Assembly (NCBI RefSeq): GCF_009914755.1
Contig: NC_060929.1
Source: the human T2T-CHM13v2.0 reference genome, Homo sapiens
Direction: 5' to 3' (one strand)
Length of the DNA: 64,000 bases
Below, one piece after another: positions 13,464-29,863 of the stretch (positions are counted from its first letter, which is position 1; each line of letters starts with the position of its first letter). The translations under genes were made by a program, and so were the position numbers. A model generated the notes under the pieces. The model saw nothing but the letters and a program-made list of their open reading frames with translations. It made no database searches and was not told where the DNA came from.

Positions 13464-14436
13464 AAAGAACAGACAACCAATAGGCTGTCTTTCAGCTTAG
13501 CCTATGCTGTACTAGGAGAGCCTGGGAGAGAACTCTGTTTAGAAATAAACAAGCCCAGGGATTGCCATCTATTTGCCCTGTATTCACTTGGACTTATTTA
13601 TCATAGTGCTTTTTCAAACTGTGTTCAAAACTCCCTGGGGTTTTCCAGAGGTGCTTTAGAGACCCAATTCAACCATGTTGGCCTATTTTGGACAAACAAA
13701 GGCTTGAAAATCACCAGCATACCTTTTCACAGTGTACATGCTCTGTCCGAGGTCCAGTGCTCTTGGTGGTTATTAAAAGTGGATTTGTGTGTGTGTATCA
13801 AGACTGCCACGCACTCTCAGAAGTTCACTCTGTGCCCCCCTTCAAGCCCCTCTTGAAGACAGGAATCTCTCTATTTCTGGTTGTTCTGCCCCTGCCCTCC
13901 CTACCTAAATCCAGACCCTACTCAAAAAGGAAAATGGTTTCTCAGCATTCCTCCCCATGTTCATTATCTGGCAGCTCTTCTCTGGAGGTTGGAAAGAATT
14001 AATCCATTATTGTTGTCAACACAATCATAATAAGGCATGAAAATGAAGTGATGAGATCTTTTTTTCAGTCAAACCTCTTGAAGAGAAACAGAAAACAAAA
14101 ACAGCATTTTATCTTTGACTAGAATGATTATTTCTCAAAGGAAATAACTTCAGTCCCGTACTTTGTGGGAGGAAAGGCACAAGATGTGGAGGATGTCCAG
14201 GCACTGTGCCTGGCTCACAGACATTGTTCATAAATGTTTGGTTCATAGTTTCTTTCATTCATTCTATAAACATAAACTCTGATCTCTAGGAGGAGGATTT
14301 TATTTGCCTCTTGAACTATCTCTTGACAAAGCCAAGTCACCACACAAATGATGCAGGCAACTGCCAGCTGGTTTGCAAATTTCCTGAGTTGCCCAAGTAC
14401 AGCACAGTGAGCATGAAAATCAAAGGCTCTCAAACC

Positions 14437-15207
14437 TGGAAGGAACCTTTAAAAATGACCCGAGGTCAATTGCCCAGGAAAATCCCTGCCAAGTGCTGCA
14501 AGTTGAGGTTGGAAGTGTCCAGTCTCTCTGATGCAGCCAAGTCTGTCTTTGGACAACTCTGTTAGAAGGCTCTTCCTGATATTGAATTGAAATCTATCAC
14601 TTCATAGCTTTTCTTTATTCCTCCAATAAATCCTGTATGAGAGACCAGGAGGCAGAACAGAATCATTCAAATCCTCCTTCTTGGCAATCTGTTGAATATT
14701 GGAAGACAGGGGCCAAGTTCTCTGAGTCTTCTTTTCTCCAAGGCCTCTGTCTCCTAATCTTTCAAACATTTCCATGGGATAAGATTTTCAAATTATCTTG
14801 GTCCTTTTCCCATTAAGAAGCTTTACTTTTCTACTCTTAAAATAGGCTGCCTAGAATAGAAATAATTCCATGTGACTTAACTAGCGCAGAAAGGAACAGA
14901 CTCTGCTAAATCTGATTTCAGAGACTGCCACTCACTAGCAGCGTGGCTTTGGCAAGTTACTTCCCTTTCTAGGAAACATGGTTTAATATGTAGCCTCAAG
15001 TAAAGTGCCTACTACAGTGCCTGGCATAAAGGGGTGTCAATACCTGATATCTACCTATCAATTGCTATTATTCTTCTGTCAATGCAGTTTCAGGTGGCAC
15101 TAGACCTTAAGGTGATAACATCACACTATTGACTCCTAGGTTTTACCCACAAGTAAATTCAGAGTATTAAGTGGTTTTAATCCATGGCTCCCCCATCCTT
15201 TACTCAC

Positions 15208-15254
<47 letters not shown>

Positions 15255-15700
15255 CTAAGCATCAAAATTTCCATTTATCTTATAAAATTGTATTTGTTCA
15301 ATTCAGGTCATTGTTTAATGTGAGCAAATTTAATGAACAAGACTCTATCTTTTTATCTAAGTCTAAAACTAACAAAAATGCCCCCAAGTTCATGGTACAG
15401 AACCAAGCCTTGTTACCACTAGAAAACTTTCTTCAGGTTGATCCCTATCTATTAGCCACTATCTTTGAATAAATTAATTCAACCTGTAAATAATTCACTT
15501 AATTTCATTTTTATCTTGTGAATAATTTTTCCTCTAAAATAAAAGAATATCATAGCTTTGTCAAATGATTTGGGCAAGTCCAGAAAGACCAGAACTGCTG
15601 GGTTTTCTTTCTCTACCAATCTAGTAAACTATCACAGTAGGAAACACATTCTTTGTGAACTCCTATAGCTTTCTCATGATCACAGTTTTCCTGCCTGGAT
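14437..15700 (-). mobile_element. L3/CR1 LINE relic, interrupted by a MIR (~14900-15060) and (TG)n
   Basis: 'ggacaactctgttagaaggctcttcctgatattgaattgaaatct' and 'tgtcaaatgatttgggcaagtccaga' are CR1-like; highly diverged. Confidence 0.55.
15210..15253. repeat. (TG)22 microsatellite
   Basis: Perfect dinucleotide run read directly. Confidence 0.99.
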
Positions 15701-15779
15701 GTTTATAACTTACCTTAATGCCACACTTGGGAACCTCAGTGAGAAACTTTTCTATTTCCTAAAATAATTTTACTCATGA

Positions 15780-16350
15780 ATTAAGGTAATGCTAGCAGTT
15801 GAAGCAGATATATCCCCACGTTTTTGTGTCTTAACCCAATAGAAGTTGTTTGTTTCTCATTCATGTCAAGTCTGTAAGGGCTGTTCCTGATCTGCGGGCC
15901 ATCTTCTCCCCAAGCAGTAAATTCAAGGCTCCTTCCATTTTGCAGTTCTGGAATCTTCCTAATAAACCCAATACAAAGGATAATGCAGGATTAAATGGAA
16001 AATATTTCAGTAAAGAGAAGGAAGAGAATTTCAGACTGACAGAGAAATAAAGGAAAGACAAAGGCAGGGATGCAAAGAAGTATAGAGTACATGGCATTTA
16101 AACCAGGTGTGTAGGGAAGGCTTCTAGATAGGATCTGTGCCTTCAAGTGAGAGATGCAGATGATTTGTGTGTAAGGCAAGGAGGTAGCTGAGGAATATAT
16201 ACCCTGAACTCACTCTCCCTTTCCAGGGCTCCATATTGTCAAAACTGAACTAGTAGCCAGAGGGAAGGGAGTTTGCTGATGCGATACAGATTAGCTGTCG
16301 GGACAGAAAATGGGGAGAAGGGTACATAATGGGTCTGAAAGGCAAACAAA
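15780..16350 (-). mobile_element. Old MLT1 (J/K-like) LTR fragments
   Basis: 'cttaacccaatagaagttgtttgtttctcattcatg' and 'agccagagggaagggagtttgctgatgc'. Confidence 0.55.
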
Positions 16351-16379
16351 AGATAGCAGCATTTTAGAGGTGAAAACAG

Positions 16380-16690
16380 TACACTCTGACCTGTGCTTTA
16401 CAGAGACTAATATGGTAGCAGTGGGAATGAGGATGGGAGGGGGCAGATATTGGAGGCAGGAAGACCTTCAGGGAGGGAGGGCCGGGACAGAGGGGTAATC
16501 ATAGGACTAGAGGAAAGAGTTGAAAACTGGAATCAGTGAACGGTTAGATATGAGACGCATGAGGAGAGTTGAAGGGGACTCTCAGATCATGGTTTTGAAA
16601 GGCAAATGACAAGTTCATCTGGGGACATGTTGAGTATAATTTGTTTTGGGACATCCATATGGAGATATTCTGAGTCAACTCAGCCCCGGG
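16380..16690 (-). mobile_element. L2 fragment
   Basis: 'aagttcatctggggacatgttgagt...gggacatccatatggagat' is typical L2 body. Confidence 0.65.
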
Positions 16691-17794
16691 GGAACTGATT
16701 TTGTCATCTGGCTCTGCTCCTTTCTGGAAAGCTCTCAAAAATACATGGATAGTTAGACCTGGTTCAAAGCAAAATCTTAGATGCCTATCTTAATCATCTT
16801 TCTCTTAAAAAAATCTGGGGATAAAAAGCATTTTATATGAATTCTATATCTTTAAAATTTTTTTATTTGATGCTATATTGCATTTGTTTACAGAAGATGC
16901 ATGTTATGGATGAGTATAGGGTAACATGGGATACCTGAAATTTAAATTGAACGTAAAAGTGCATGTTGGATTATCTCCCAAAGGAAAGAAACTAAATTAG
17001 AGTTTGTATGTAAACTTTAGCCCTTGTCTCAAATGCATATTTTAAATCTCAAATCATCTCTCTTTAATTCCTTGTTTAAAAACATTAAAGTCAATAAAAC
17101 AGTTCATGAAGCTCAGTTTCTTTCTTGTCAAATATTTGTCAAAATTAAGACTACTTTGGTATAACAAACTAAATAATCAAACTGATTCTTGACTGAATAT
17201 TGAAAATATAATTCTAAATTGAATACAAGTAAACAAGCCTGAAATTTACTATGGGTGGCAGTAATCCATGTGTAGCCCCACATTTCCATTCATTTAGAAA
17301 ATATCTTTGTGCTCAACTATCTATAATAATTATCTTTATTACTGTAATAAAGATAACCATCTAATTATCTAATTACCTTTCTAAGGGGATTTGGTTAATT
17401 TCAGGCTAAAACAGTTTAAATAAAATTATGGCGGCTTTAAAATATTTCCATATTTACACATTGAGGTACAAATAGTTACTCTTGCATTAATAGACAGTAT
17501 AGTATCAATGAATAAAGATCAGGAAAGCACTTCGAAAACAAGGCAAGGTTTTGCAGACAAGATTTAGGATAGACAGGCAGAAATAGTTAACCATGCATAT
17601 GATGTCTCACAAGCCTAGCTGGTGTCATAAACATTTACTTTGATAACATTTGCAGTAGGTGAGTCACATTTTTTAAATGATTGACTTTTCAGGGTCCCCT
17701 ATAAATAGGAAAGTGTCCGATTCTTCTAAAAAGAATTTTCTCTGAAAATAAACTATGAAATAGTTTTTGGCTTTAGTTATTGCTGCCTTGATGA

Positions 17795-18150
17795 TCAGTT
17801 ACTCTAAATAAAATAGGATGGATTATCCTGCAGTAACAAACTAAATTCTCGGTAGCTTAAAACAGCAAAGTTCATTTCTCACTCAGGCCACATACCCACT
17901 GCGCTTCAGCAGGAGCCTCTGTTCCACGTAGGCACTCAGGGAGGTAGGCTGATGGGCCTCCACCAAATGAAACATTGCTGATCACAACGACAAGGGGAAA
18001 GGACCATGGCAAACTATCACTGGCAAACCCTTAAAGGCTTCCACCTGGAAGAGATATATATGACTTCCATTTAAATGTCATTGGTTAAAGTAAATCATAT
18101 GGCTATGTGTCTAACATCAGGAAGGCTGGGAAGAATAATCCTACTAATGC
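17795..18150 (-). mobile_element. MLT1J-like LTR
   Basis: 'ctgcagtaacaaac...gcttaaaacagcaaagttcatttctcactca...atgtcattggttaaagtaaatcatatggc'. Confidence 0.7.
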
Positions 18151-18154
18151 CTAG

Positions 18155-18661
<507 letters not shown>

Positions 18662-21600
18662 TAGTATCAAAGTACATTCGCTCTTCTTGACACAGATTGA
18701 GCTGTCCTAAAATTTGCCTGACAAGAAAATTTTCAGGAATATAATCCTGATGGACGATGAGTGCGTGAATATCAGACAAGTCAGAATGAGGGAACATTTC
18801 TCTTCGGAAGGGTGATCTGCCTTCTGATCTCTCCTCACCAAAAAGGCTGCTCATTCTTGAACAGATCCAGCATTTTTGCTTTGGGAACGCCTCATATATT
18901 TGTAGCTTAGGGAAATACTTCCTGCCAAATGCCTTTAATTAAAAAGAAAAAAAAATCCTCCTTTCTTGGTATCATCTGTATTCAGTTGAGAGGAATAGTT
19001 TGGGAGAACATTAATCTAAACCATTCTAATTTTCTTATTTTCCAACTCATTACTTTTTATTTTGGATCAACTGACTTTTACCCTTCCATTTTCACATTTT
19101 TTTCCCTTAAGTGTCTCACAATGTTGATTCTTTGGATTTTTGAAGAATGTAATAATTTGGCATTAAACACAGTGTCCCACATTGGATCCAACCACACACT
19201 GATTTCCCTGTCACTCTTATTTTTTATTTGTTAAGTGTTTTCTGAAGCTAGGTGGGATGTTTATTTTAAAAAGGCAATCTCCAGTATGGAGTAGCTTCTT
19301 CTGAATATTGAACAATCAAGAAATTTCTTTAAGCCATCCTATAATTAGAAAGCATCAGAGGTTGGAATGAATTTAAACTGAAGTTTTCATTGAGGACAGA
19401 CAAGATGAAAACTCAAATTGACAAAGAGAAAAAGCTGGCTTTAGAGAAAAAGTTGGCCCCAAATCTTTATGGAGTGGCTCCATCCATCAATGGGCTCTGG
19501 AATTGCTGTGATTGCTGGATGTGTAGAGATTTTCTGGAGGACAGAAGTGAGAAAAGAAGGAACTAGCTAAGTCCTACTCACAGAGCTCCTCATTCTCCAT
19601 TCCTAAAGAAAAATTATTTCAAAAGTTAGCATACCTTTTACCCAGTCAGCATGAGTACAAATAAAGGCCCATAGGCAAACTACCCATAGCTTGAGTTTTG
19701 TAAAGCAAATTAAAGGCTCATTTTTTAAAAAATTAATAAACTATTTTTGGAGCAGCGTTAGGTTCACAGTAAAATTGAGTGTAAAGTGCAGAGAGTTTGT
19801 ACATCCCTGTCCCCACACATGCACAACCTCTCCCAATGTCAACATCACTCACCACAGTGGTACATTTTTTACACTGAAGAACCTACATTAATACATCATT
19901 ACCACCCAAAGTCCGTAGTTTACATCAGGGTTCACTCTTGATGTTTTTGCATTCTATGGGTTTGGACAGGTATAAAATGATATGTATCCACCATTGTAGT
20001 ATCCTATAGAATAATTTCACTGCCCAAAAAAACCTCTGTACTCTGCCTATTCATCCTTCCTTCCACCTAAAACACCTTGCAACCTCTGAACTTTCATCAT
20101 CTCCATAGTAGGAATCATGCAGCATGAGCATTTTTAAATTGATTTCTTTCATTTAGAAATATGCATTTAAATTTCCTCTGTGTTTTTATGGCTTGATAGC
20201 TCATTTCTTCTTAGTGTTAAATTATATTATGTTATCTGGATGTATGTTAGTTTATTTATCCATTCATCTACTGAAGGGCATCTTGGTTGTTTCCAAGTTT
20301 TGGCAATTATAAAAAGTTACAATAGATATCCATGGTAGATTTTTGAGTGGACATAAATTTTCAACTCCTTTGGGTAAATATCAAGGAGCACAATTTATCA
20401 ATCAAATGTAAGAATATGTTTAATTTTATAAGAAACTGCCAAGCTGTCTTCCAAATTGGCTATTCTATTTTGCATTCCCACCCACGTGAAGGAGAGTTCC
20501 TGTTGCTCCTCATTCTTTTCAGCATTTGGTATTGTCAGTGTTTTAGATTCGGGTCAATCTAATAGGTATGTAGTAATATCTCACTGTTGTTGTAATTTGC
20601 AATTCCCTAATGACATATGATGTTGAACATCTTTTCATGTGCTAACTTGCCATCTGTATATCTTCTTTGGAGAGGTGTCCATTCAGCTCTTTAGTCCATT
20701 TTTTAATTGGGTTGGCTGTTTTCTTATGCTTGAGTTTTAAGTGTTCCTTGTATATTTGGAATCATAATCCTTTATCAGATGTGTCTTTTGAAAATATTTT
20801 ATCCCAGTTTGTGGCTTGACTTCTCATTCTCTTGACATTGTCTTTCACAGTGCAAAAATTTTTAACTTTAATAAAGTCCAGCTTATCAATTATTTATTTC
20901 ATGGAATCATGCCTGTTATATCTAAAAAGGTATTGCCATACCAAGGTCATCTAGTTTATTCCCTACTTTTTATCTTTTAGGAGTTTTATATATAATTTTG
21001 TGTTTTATGTTTAGGTTTATGATTAATTTTGAGTTACTTTTTTGTAAAGGGTGTAAGGTTATGCCTAAATTCTTTTTTATTTTTGTTTTTCTGCACGTGA
21101 ATGTTCAGTTGTTTTGCCACCGTTCTTGAAAAGACTATCTTTTCTTCATTGCTTTGTCTTTGTTCTTTTGTCACAGATCAGTTGGCTATATTTGTATTTA
21201 TATTACTGAGCTCTCTATTCTGTTCCATTGACTATTTGTCTGTTCTTTTGCCAATACCACACTGTTTTAATTACTGTAGCTTTATTGTAAGCCTTGAAGT
21301 CATGCAGGGTCAGCCCTCCAACTTTGTTCTTCTCTTTCAGTTCTGAGTTGGCTATTTGAGTATTTTGCCTCTCTATATAAACTTTAGAATCAATTTTTTA
21401 GTATCCACAGAATAACTTGGTGGGATTTTGATTGAATTTGCTTTGAATCTACAGATCAAGTAAGGAAGAAATGACATCTTGGCAATATTGAATCTTTCTA
21501 TCCATGAATATGGAACCTCTCTCTATCAGTTCTTTTAAAATTTCTTTCACCACAGTTTTGTAGTTTTCCACATATAGGTCTTATACATATTTTGTTAGAT

Positions 21601-22011
21601 TTCTACCTAAGTATTTAATTTTGGGAGGTGTTCATATAAAAAGTAATGTGTTTTAAATTTCAAATTCCATTTGCTCATTGCTGGTATATAGAAAAACAAT
21701 GGGCCTTGTATATTACTCTTTCATCTAGCGTGATAATCACTTGTGATAATCACTTAGTAGTTTCAGGATTTTTTTTGTCAACTCTTTTGGATTTTCTAAA
21801 TAGATGATCATGTCATCTGTGAAAAAAGAGTTTTATTTCTTCTATCCTAATCTGCATACCTTTTATTTCCATTTCTTGTTGTACTATATTAGTTAAGACT
21901 TTCAGTACAAATGTTGAAAAGTGGCAGCAAAAGGAGACATTCTGATCTTGCTCCTGATTTAGTGAGAATGCTTCTACTTTCTCCACTAAGTATGATGTTA
22001 CCTGTAGGCTT

Positions 22012-22322
<311 letters not shown>

Positions 22323-22388
22323 CTGTAGGCTTCCTGTAAATATTATTAATCAATGGAGAAAGCTTTCCTCTACCTAGTTTGCTGAAGG

Positions 22389-24179
<1,791 letters not shown>

Positions 24180-25186
24180 TTATGCTTTATCTTGTTGCTA
24201 TGATGGATTATATTGATTTTCTAATGTTGAGCCAGTCTTTCATACCTTGAATAAATCCCACTTGGTTATGGTGTATAATTCTTTTTAAACATTGTGGGAA
24301 CTGATATGATAATATTTTGTTGAGAAGTTTGCATCTATATTTATGAGAGTTATTTGCCTGTAGTTTTCTTTTCTTGTAATGTCTTTGTTTGGTTTTAGGG
24401 TAATGGGTAATTAGGGTAATGCTGGCCTCATAGCATGCCAAGTGTTCCCTATATTTTTATCTTCTGAAAGAAATTGTAGAAAATTGGTATAATTGTTTCC
24501 TTAAATATTTGGTAGAATTCACCAGTGAACCCATCTTGGCCTAGTGCTTTCTCTTTCAAAAGCTTATTAATTGTTGGTTCCTTTTTTTTAATGGACGTAG
24601 GCCTATTTAGATTTCTATTTCTTCTTGTATGAGTTTTGGCAGATTGTATCTCTCAAGAAATTTATCCATCTTATCTAGGTTATCAAATTTGTGGACATAA
24701 CGTTGTTCATAATATTCATTTATTATCCACTTAATATCCGTAGGATCTGCAGTAATGCTCTCTCTGTCAATTATGATATTAGTAATTTGTGTCTTCTCTC
24801 TTTTTTTCCTAGCCTGGATAGAGGCTTATTGATTTTTATCGATCTTTTCAAAGAACCACATTTTAGTTTTGTTAATTTTCTCCATTGACTGCCTATTTTC
24901 AATTTCATTGATTTCTGCTCTAATTTTTATTATTTCTTTCCTTCTGCTGAGTTTATATTTAATTTACTCTTCTTTTTCTAGTTTCCTAAAACGGAAGCTT
25001 AGATTACTGATTTTAAATCTTTTTTTCTAATATATTCATTCAACCTTGTAAATTTCCCTCTTAAGTATTGCTTTTGCTGCATCTTACTAATTTTGAAAAG
25101 TTGTATTTTTATTTTCATTTGGTTCAAATTATTTTTAACTTTCTCGTTTCTACTTTGACCCACATGTTATTTAGAAATGTGTCGTT

Positions 25187-25266
25187 GGCCAGGCACAGTG
25201 GCTCATGCCTATAATCCCAGCACTTTGGGAGGCTGATGTGGGTAGATCACTTGAGGTCACAAGTTT
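25187..25266 (+). mobile_element. Alu 5' fragment (~80 bp, no tail)
   Basis: 'ggccaggcacagtggctcatgcctataatcccagcactttgggaggctga...ttgaggtca' runs straight back into L1MC sequence. Confidence 0.88.
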
Positions 25267-27679
25267 TCCAGCTATCTTTCTGTTATTAATTTCTAGTTTA
25301 ATTTCAATGTGGTCTTAGAGTAGCCACTGTGTGATTTCTATTATTTTAAATTTGTTAAGATGTGTTTTGTGGCCCAGAATGTAGTCTGTTTTGGTGAATG
25401 TTTCATGTGAGCTTGAGAAGAATATGTAATCTGCTGTTATTGGATGAAGGAGTTTATAGATGTCAGTAATATCCAGTTGATTGGCAGTGCTGTTGAGTTC
25501 AACTATGTCCTTGCTGATTTTTTGCCTGCTGGATCTGTCCATTTCTAATAAAAGAGTGTTAAAATCTCCAATTATGGTAGTGGATAATCTGTTTCTCCCT
25601 GCAGTTCTATCAGTTTTTGTCTCATATTTTGATGCTCTGTTGTTAGAAGCTTACACAGTACAGATTGTTATGTTTTCTTGGAGTACTGATCCTTTGCTAT
25701 TGTATAATGTGCCTCTTAAACCCTAATAACTCTCCTTCCATTGGAGTCTGTTCTATATGATACTAACATAGCCGCTCTCATTTTTTTATGATCGGTGTTA
25801 GCATGGTATATCTTTTTCCATCCTTTCACTTTTAATCTATACCTGTCATGGTTTTTATAGTTAAAGTGGATTTCTTATAGACAACATATAGTTGAATCTT
25901 AATTTTTTTATTCTTGTGTTTTCACCCACTCTGACAGCCTCTGTCTTTTAATTGGTGTATTTAGACCATTGACATTTAAAATGATTATTGATATAGTTAG
26001 ATTAATATCTACCATATTTGTTACTATTTTCTATTTGTTGCCCTTGTTCTTTGTTCATATTCTTGTCTTCCACTCTTTTTCTGCCTTTTGTGGCCTTAAC
26101 TGAGCATTTTATATTATTCCATTTTCTCTCCTTTCTTAGTATATCAATTATATTTAACATTTTTTAGTGGTTGCTCTAGAGTTTGAAGTTTACAACTAAT
26201 TTAAGTCCACTTTTAAATAACACTATACCAATTCACAGGTAGTACTAATATCTTATAAGAAAATACTCCTAATTCATTGCTCCCATCCCTTGTATCATTG
26301 CTGTAATTCATTTCACTTGTGGATATATGCATACCTATTGAATACATTATTGCTATTATTTTGAGCAAATTGTTATCTGTTAGATCAATTAAGAATAAGA
26401 AAAACAAAAGTTTTCATTTTGCCTTTACTTATTCATTTTTTGATGCTCTTTCTTTCTTTGGAAACCTGAGTTTCTGACATTTATTATTTTCATTTTTTCT
26501 CAAGAGCTTCTCTTAACTTTTCTTGCAAAACATATCTGCTAGCAACAAATTCCCTCTGGTGTTTTTTTTTTTTTTTTTTTTTTTCTGAGAGAGGTTTTAT
26601 TTCTCCCTTACTTTTGAAGGATAATTTTACAGGATACAGAAATCTAAGCTGGTCATTTTTCCCAGCACTTTAAATATTTTATTCTACTCTCCTCTTGCTT
26701 GCATGGTTTCTGAGGAGAAGTCACATGTAATTCTTATCTTTGCTACTCCATAGGTAAGATGTATTTTCCCGCTGGCTTCTTTCAAGACTTTTTTCTTTAT
26801 CTTTGATTTTCTGAAGTTGAATATGATATGCCTAGATGTAGTTGGGTTGTTTGTTTGTTTGTTTGTATGTTTTATTTTTCATGCCTCATGTTTTCTGAGC
26901 TTTCTGGATCTGTGGTTTGGTGTTTGACTAATTTGGGTGAATCCCTCAGTCACCATTGCTTCAAATATTTTTTCTGTTCCCCTTTCTCATTCTTCTCCAT
27001 CTGGTATTTCTTTAATTTGTTTTAGTTATTTATATACACATAAATAACTCCTTTTGTAGTTGTCCCCACAGTTCTTGGATATTTTGTTAGATCCCCCCCA
27101 CCTTTCTTTTAATCTCTGCTTTTCAGTTTTAGAAATTTCTATTGTCATATCCTCAAGCTCAGAGATTTTTTTCCTTAGCTGTGTTCAGTCCACTAATGAG
27201 TCCATCAAAGGCATTCTTCATTCCTTGTACAATGTTTTTTCTCTAGAACTTCTTTTTGTTTTTTCTTAGAATTTCCATCCCTTTGCATACATCATCCACT
27301 TGTCCTTGCATGTTGTCTAGTTTTTCCATGAAAGCTCTTAGCATATTAATCATAGGTTTAAAACATTTTGAATCTGATAATTTCAACATTCTTGCCATAT
27401 CTGACTCTCATTCCATTGCTTATTTAGTCTTTTCAAGCTGTGTATTTTGGCTTTTAGAATGCCTTGTAATTTTTTCTTGAAAAAGGGACACAATGTGCTG
27501 GGTAAAGGAGACTATGGTAGGTAGGTCTTTAGTAATGTAGTGGTAAGGTGTGAGGGGAGGGGAAGTATTTTACAGTGCTATGATTAGGTCTCAGTCTTTT
27601 GGTGAGTCTGTGACCCTGGACTGTGAACTTCGCCAGTGCTTCTTAGTTTTTCTCTCTTTTTTTTTTCCACTCTTCTAGT

Positions 27680-27915
27680 GGGGAAGAGTGGGTTAGAGTT
27701 GAGTGATTATTTTCCCCCATATGAAAGGCTAGAAAGAACTGAAGTTGGGTATTTTTCTTCCACACGGAAGGCTAGAGTGAGCTGGAGTTGGGTAATTACC
27801 TCACCACATGTGAAAGGCTAGAAAGAACTGTAGTTGTATGTTTCCCTTTCCCCAGGTGGAAGGCTAGAGCTGGCTAGAGTTGACTTATTTTCCTTCTTCC
27901 AGTAGGTTTAGGCTC
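27680..27915. repeat. Degenerate ~45-bp tandem repeat in the L1MC 5' region
   Basis: Four to five units of 'gaaaggctaga..ga.ctg.agttg..tattt.c.ttc'. Confidence 0.8.
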
Positions 27916-28526
27916 TCATAAAACCACAGCAAGTGAGGCTCTAGTACAATAGCTTCTCCCGGGCACAGGCCTTGTTAAGAAGAACAAAATGCTCTGGTAT
28001 ATGTTAAAATGGTTCCCTTTCCCCTTCCCTGACCAGAAGCCCAAGAGGATTTTTCTCTAATATTTACAGTGATAACTTGGTAGAGTTCCTGGAGGTAAAA
28101 CTCATGAAAGTGTGCCACCTCCCTCACGACTGGGTCCTCCTGGAGTTTTAATCTTCAGACTTGTTCACATCTAGTCTACAGCAATTTATCAATTACAGTT
28201 CAGGTTTCTCTACCCAGAACTGATTCCTATGGAGGTTTCTACTTCTGGATTTCTGCCACAATAAGTTGTGATTCTCTGTAGATGTTTGTCTGTCTCTTTA
28301 ATTTTGGGGACAGTGGTTTTCCTTGTGACCTCACCTCTTTGGCTGCTAATTTTTCAGCTAGTTCAGCTTTTTGCTTATTGTTAGGATGGAGTGATGAATT
28401 CTAAGTTCCTTATGTGCTGGACTGAAAACCTGAAGCCCCACTCACTGGTTTTTAAACTTTAAAATATTGAATGAACATCCCACATTATAAAATGAGTCAG
28501 AATTCAACTATAGTGGTGTTAAAAAG

Positions 28527-28528
<2 letters not shown>

Positions 28529-28564
<36 letters not shown>
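28529..28564. repeat. (AC)18 microsatellite
   Basis: Perfect run read directly. Confidence 0.99.
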
Positions 28565-28567
<3 letters not shown>

Positions 28568-29339
28568 TGTTTTGTGATCTCTAAATCAAGCTTTCTCTAG
28601 GCTGAGGTGGATGTTTTCTCTCTTCCATGTTGTGATGCTCTCTGTTATGGGTCTTTACATGGGAAAGGCAAGAGTTAGAGTCTTGGGATAGATTTAAGAG
28701 TTGGTGAGGCTCCTTCTTCCCCTCAAACTTCCCACCTTCCACAGCCTGGAATCACTCAGCTGGGAATGGACTTTGGCTCCTTCTCCTTTAGGAGTTCCTG
28801 ACGAGGCTTCTAGAACCAGTGACTACCATCTGAACCACTGAACCCAGGGCAGGAGGAGCTTGCTCTTCCATCTGTCTTCTGGTCCTTTAGGGCTCCCTGC
28901 AGAGAGGCTCTGGGGCAATTGCTCACAACTGGCTGGTGATATGAATGTGGGTAGATTCAGTAGGGGCATGAGGATGGACTCCCTGTTCCTAAATATTTTC
29001 CCAAGTTTTTCTGAAATCCATCAGTAGTTACTGCCTTCTCCTTATCTGTTGTTATTGTGGGTGATGGTGATTTTTAAAGAATGCCTTTTAAATAAGATAA
29101 AGCCTTTCTTTTCCCATTATTTTTAAAAATTCTTTTTCAAAGCTGACCCTTAGAGAGCCCACATTCTCAAATTCTGTCTTCACTGCTCTCTCATTTCCCT
29201 TCATCCCTGTTCCTCTGTTTGAATACACACAACACACACACACACACATCCCAAGAGGGGACTCCACTAAAAATAACTCACCCATTTCCCTAGGAGGGAA
29301 CTAGGCACCTGCAGGTCAACAAGGCCTGAGAAGCCAGAG

Positions 29340-29490
29340 TTCTTCAGAGTGTGGGCTCCACCTTAATGTGAATCTGCCTCTTTAATTAATATTTCCATGA
29401 ACTTGGCTGCTAATGTATCCTCTTTTTCTTCAGTTTCTTCATCTGTAAAATGGGGGTGATGATCATTGTACCTACATGTAAAGTACATTA
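29340..29490 (+). mobile_element. MIR
   Basis: 'cttcagtttcttcatctgtaaaatgggggtgatgatcattgtacctac'. Confidence 0.8.
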
Positions 29491-29863
29491 CAAAAGGATG
29501 CCACTCCTTTATTCTTTGCTAATAATAGCCACATTTATTGAGGCCTTCTAGGCCAGATGCTGTTCCAAGTGCAAGTTTTGGTAGGCAGAATAGGAGATTG
29601 GTGGTGGGGGTGGGAGTACTATGAGCGTGACGTGGGAGAAAGAGAAAGAGCATCAAAAAAGGAACTAAGAGTTGCAGAATAGCAAAACTGAAGTTCAGTT
29701 CAAAACAAATTTCATCTCTTCTTTTTCCAGTTTTCCTAGACTTAGTCCTGATCAGTTACTCCAGAAAACCTACAGGAATCTGGCTGAGGGAGACAGTGCG
29801 GACTAATATTTCATTTCTCCCCACTCCTCCCTCTGAGGAATCCAGGACTTCATTGTGGACCCC

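Noticed and set aside
21730-21755. 13-bp direct duplication gtgataatcactt x2
   Set aside because: A small slippage duplication within decayed L1, with no sign of function.
27680-27915. CRISPR-like repeat-spacer array
   Set aside because: The units are homologous along their full length with no unique spacers, and they sit inside an L1 5' region.
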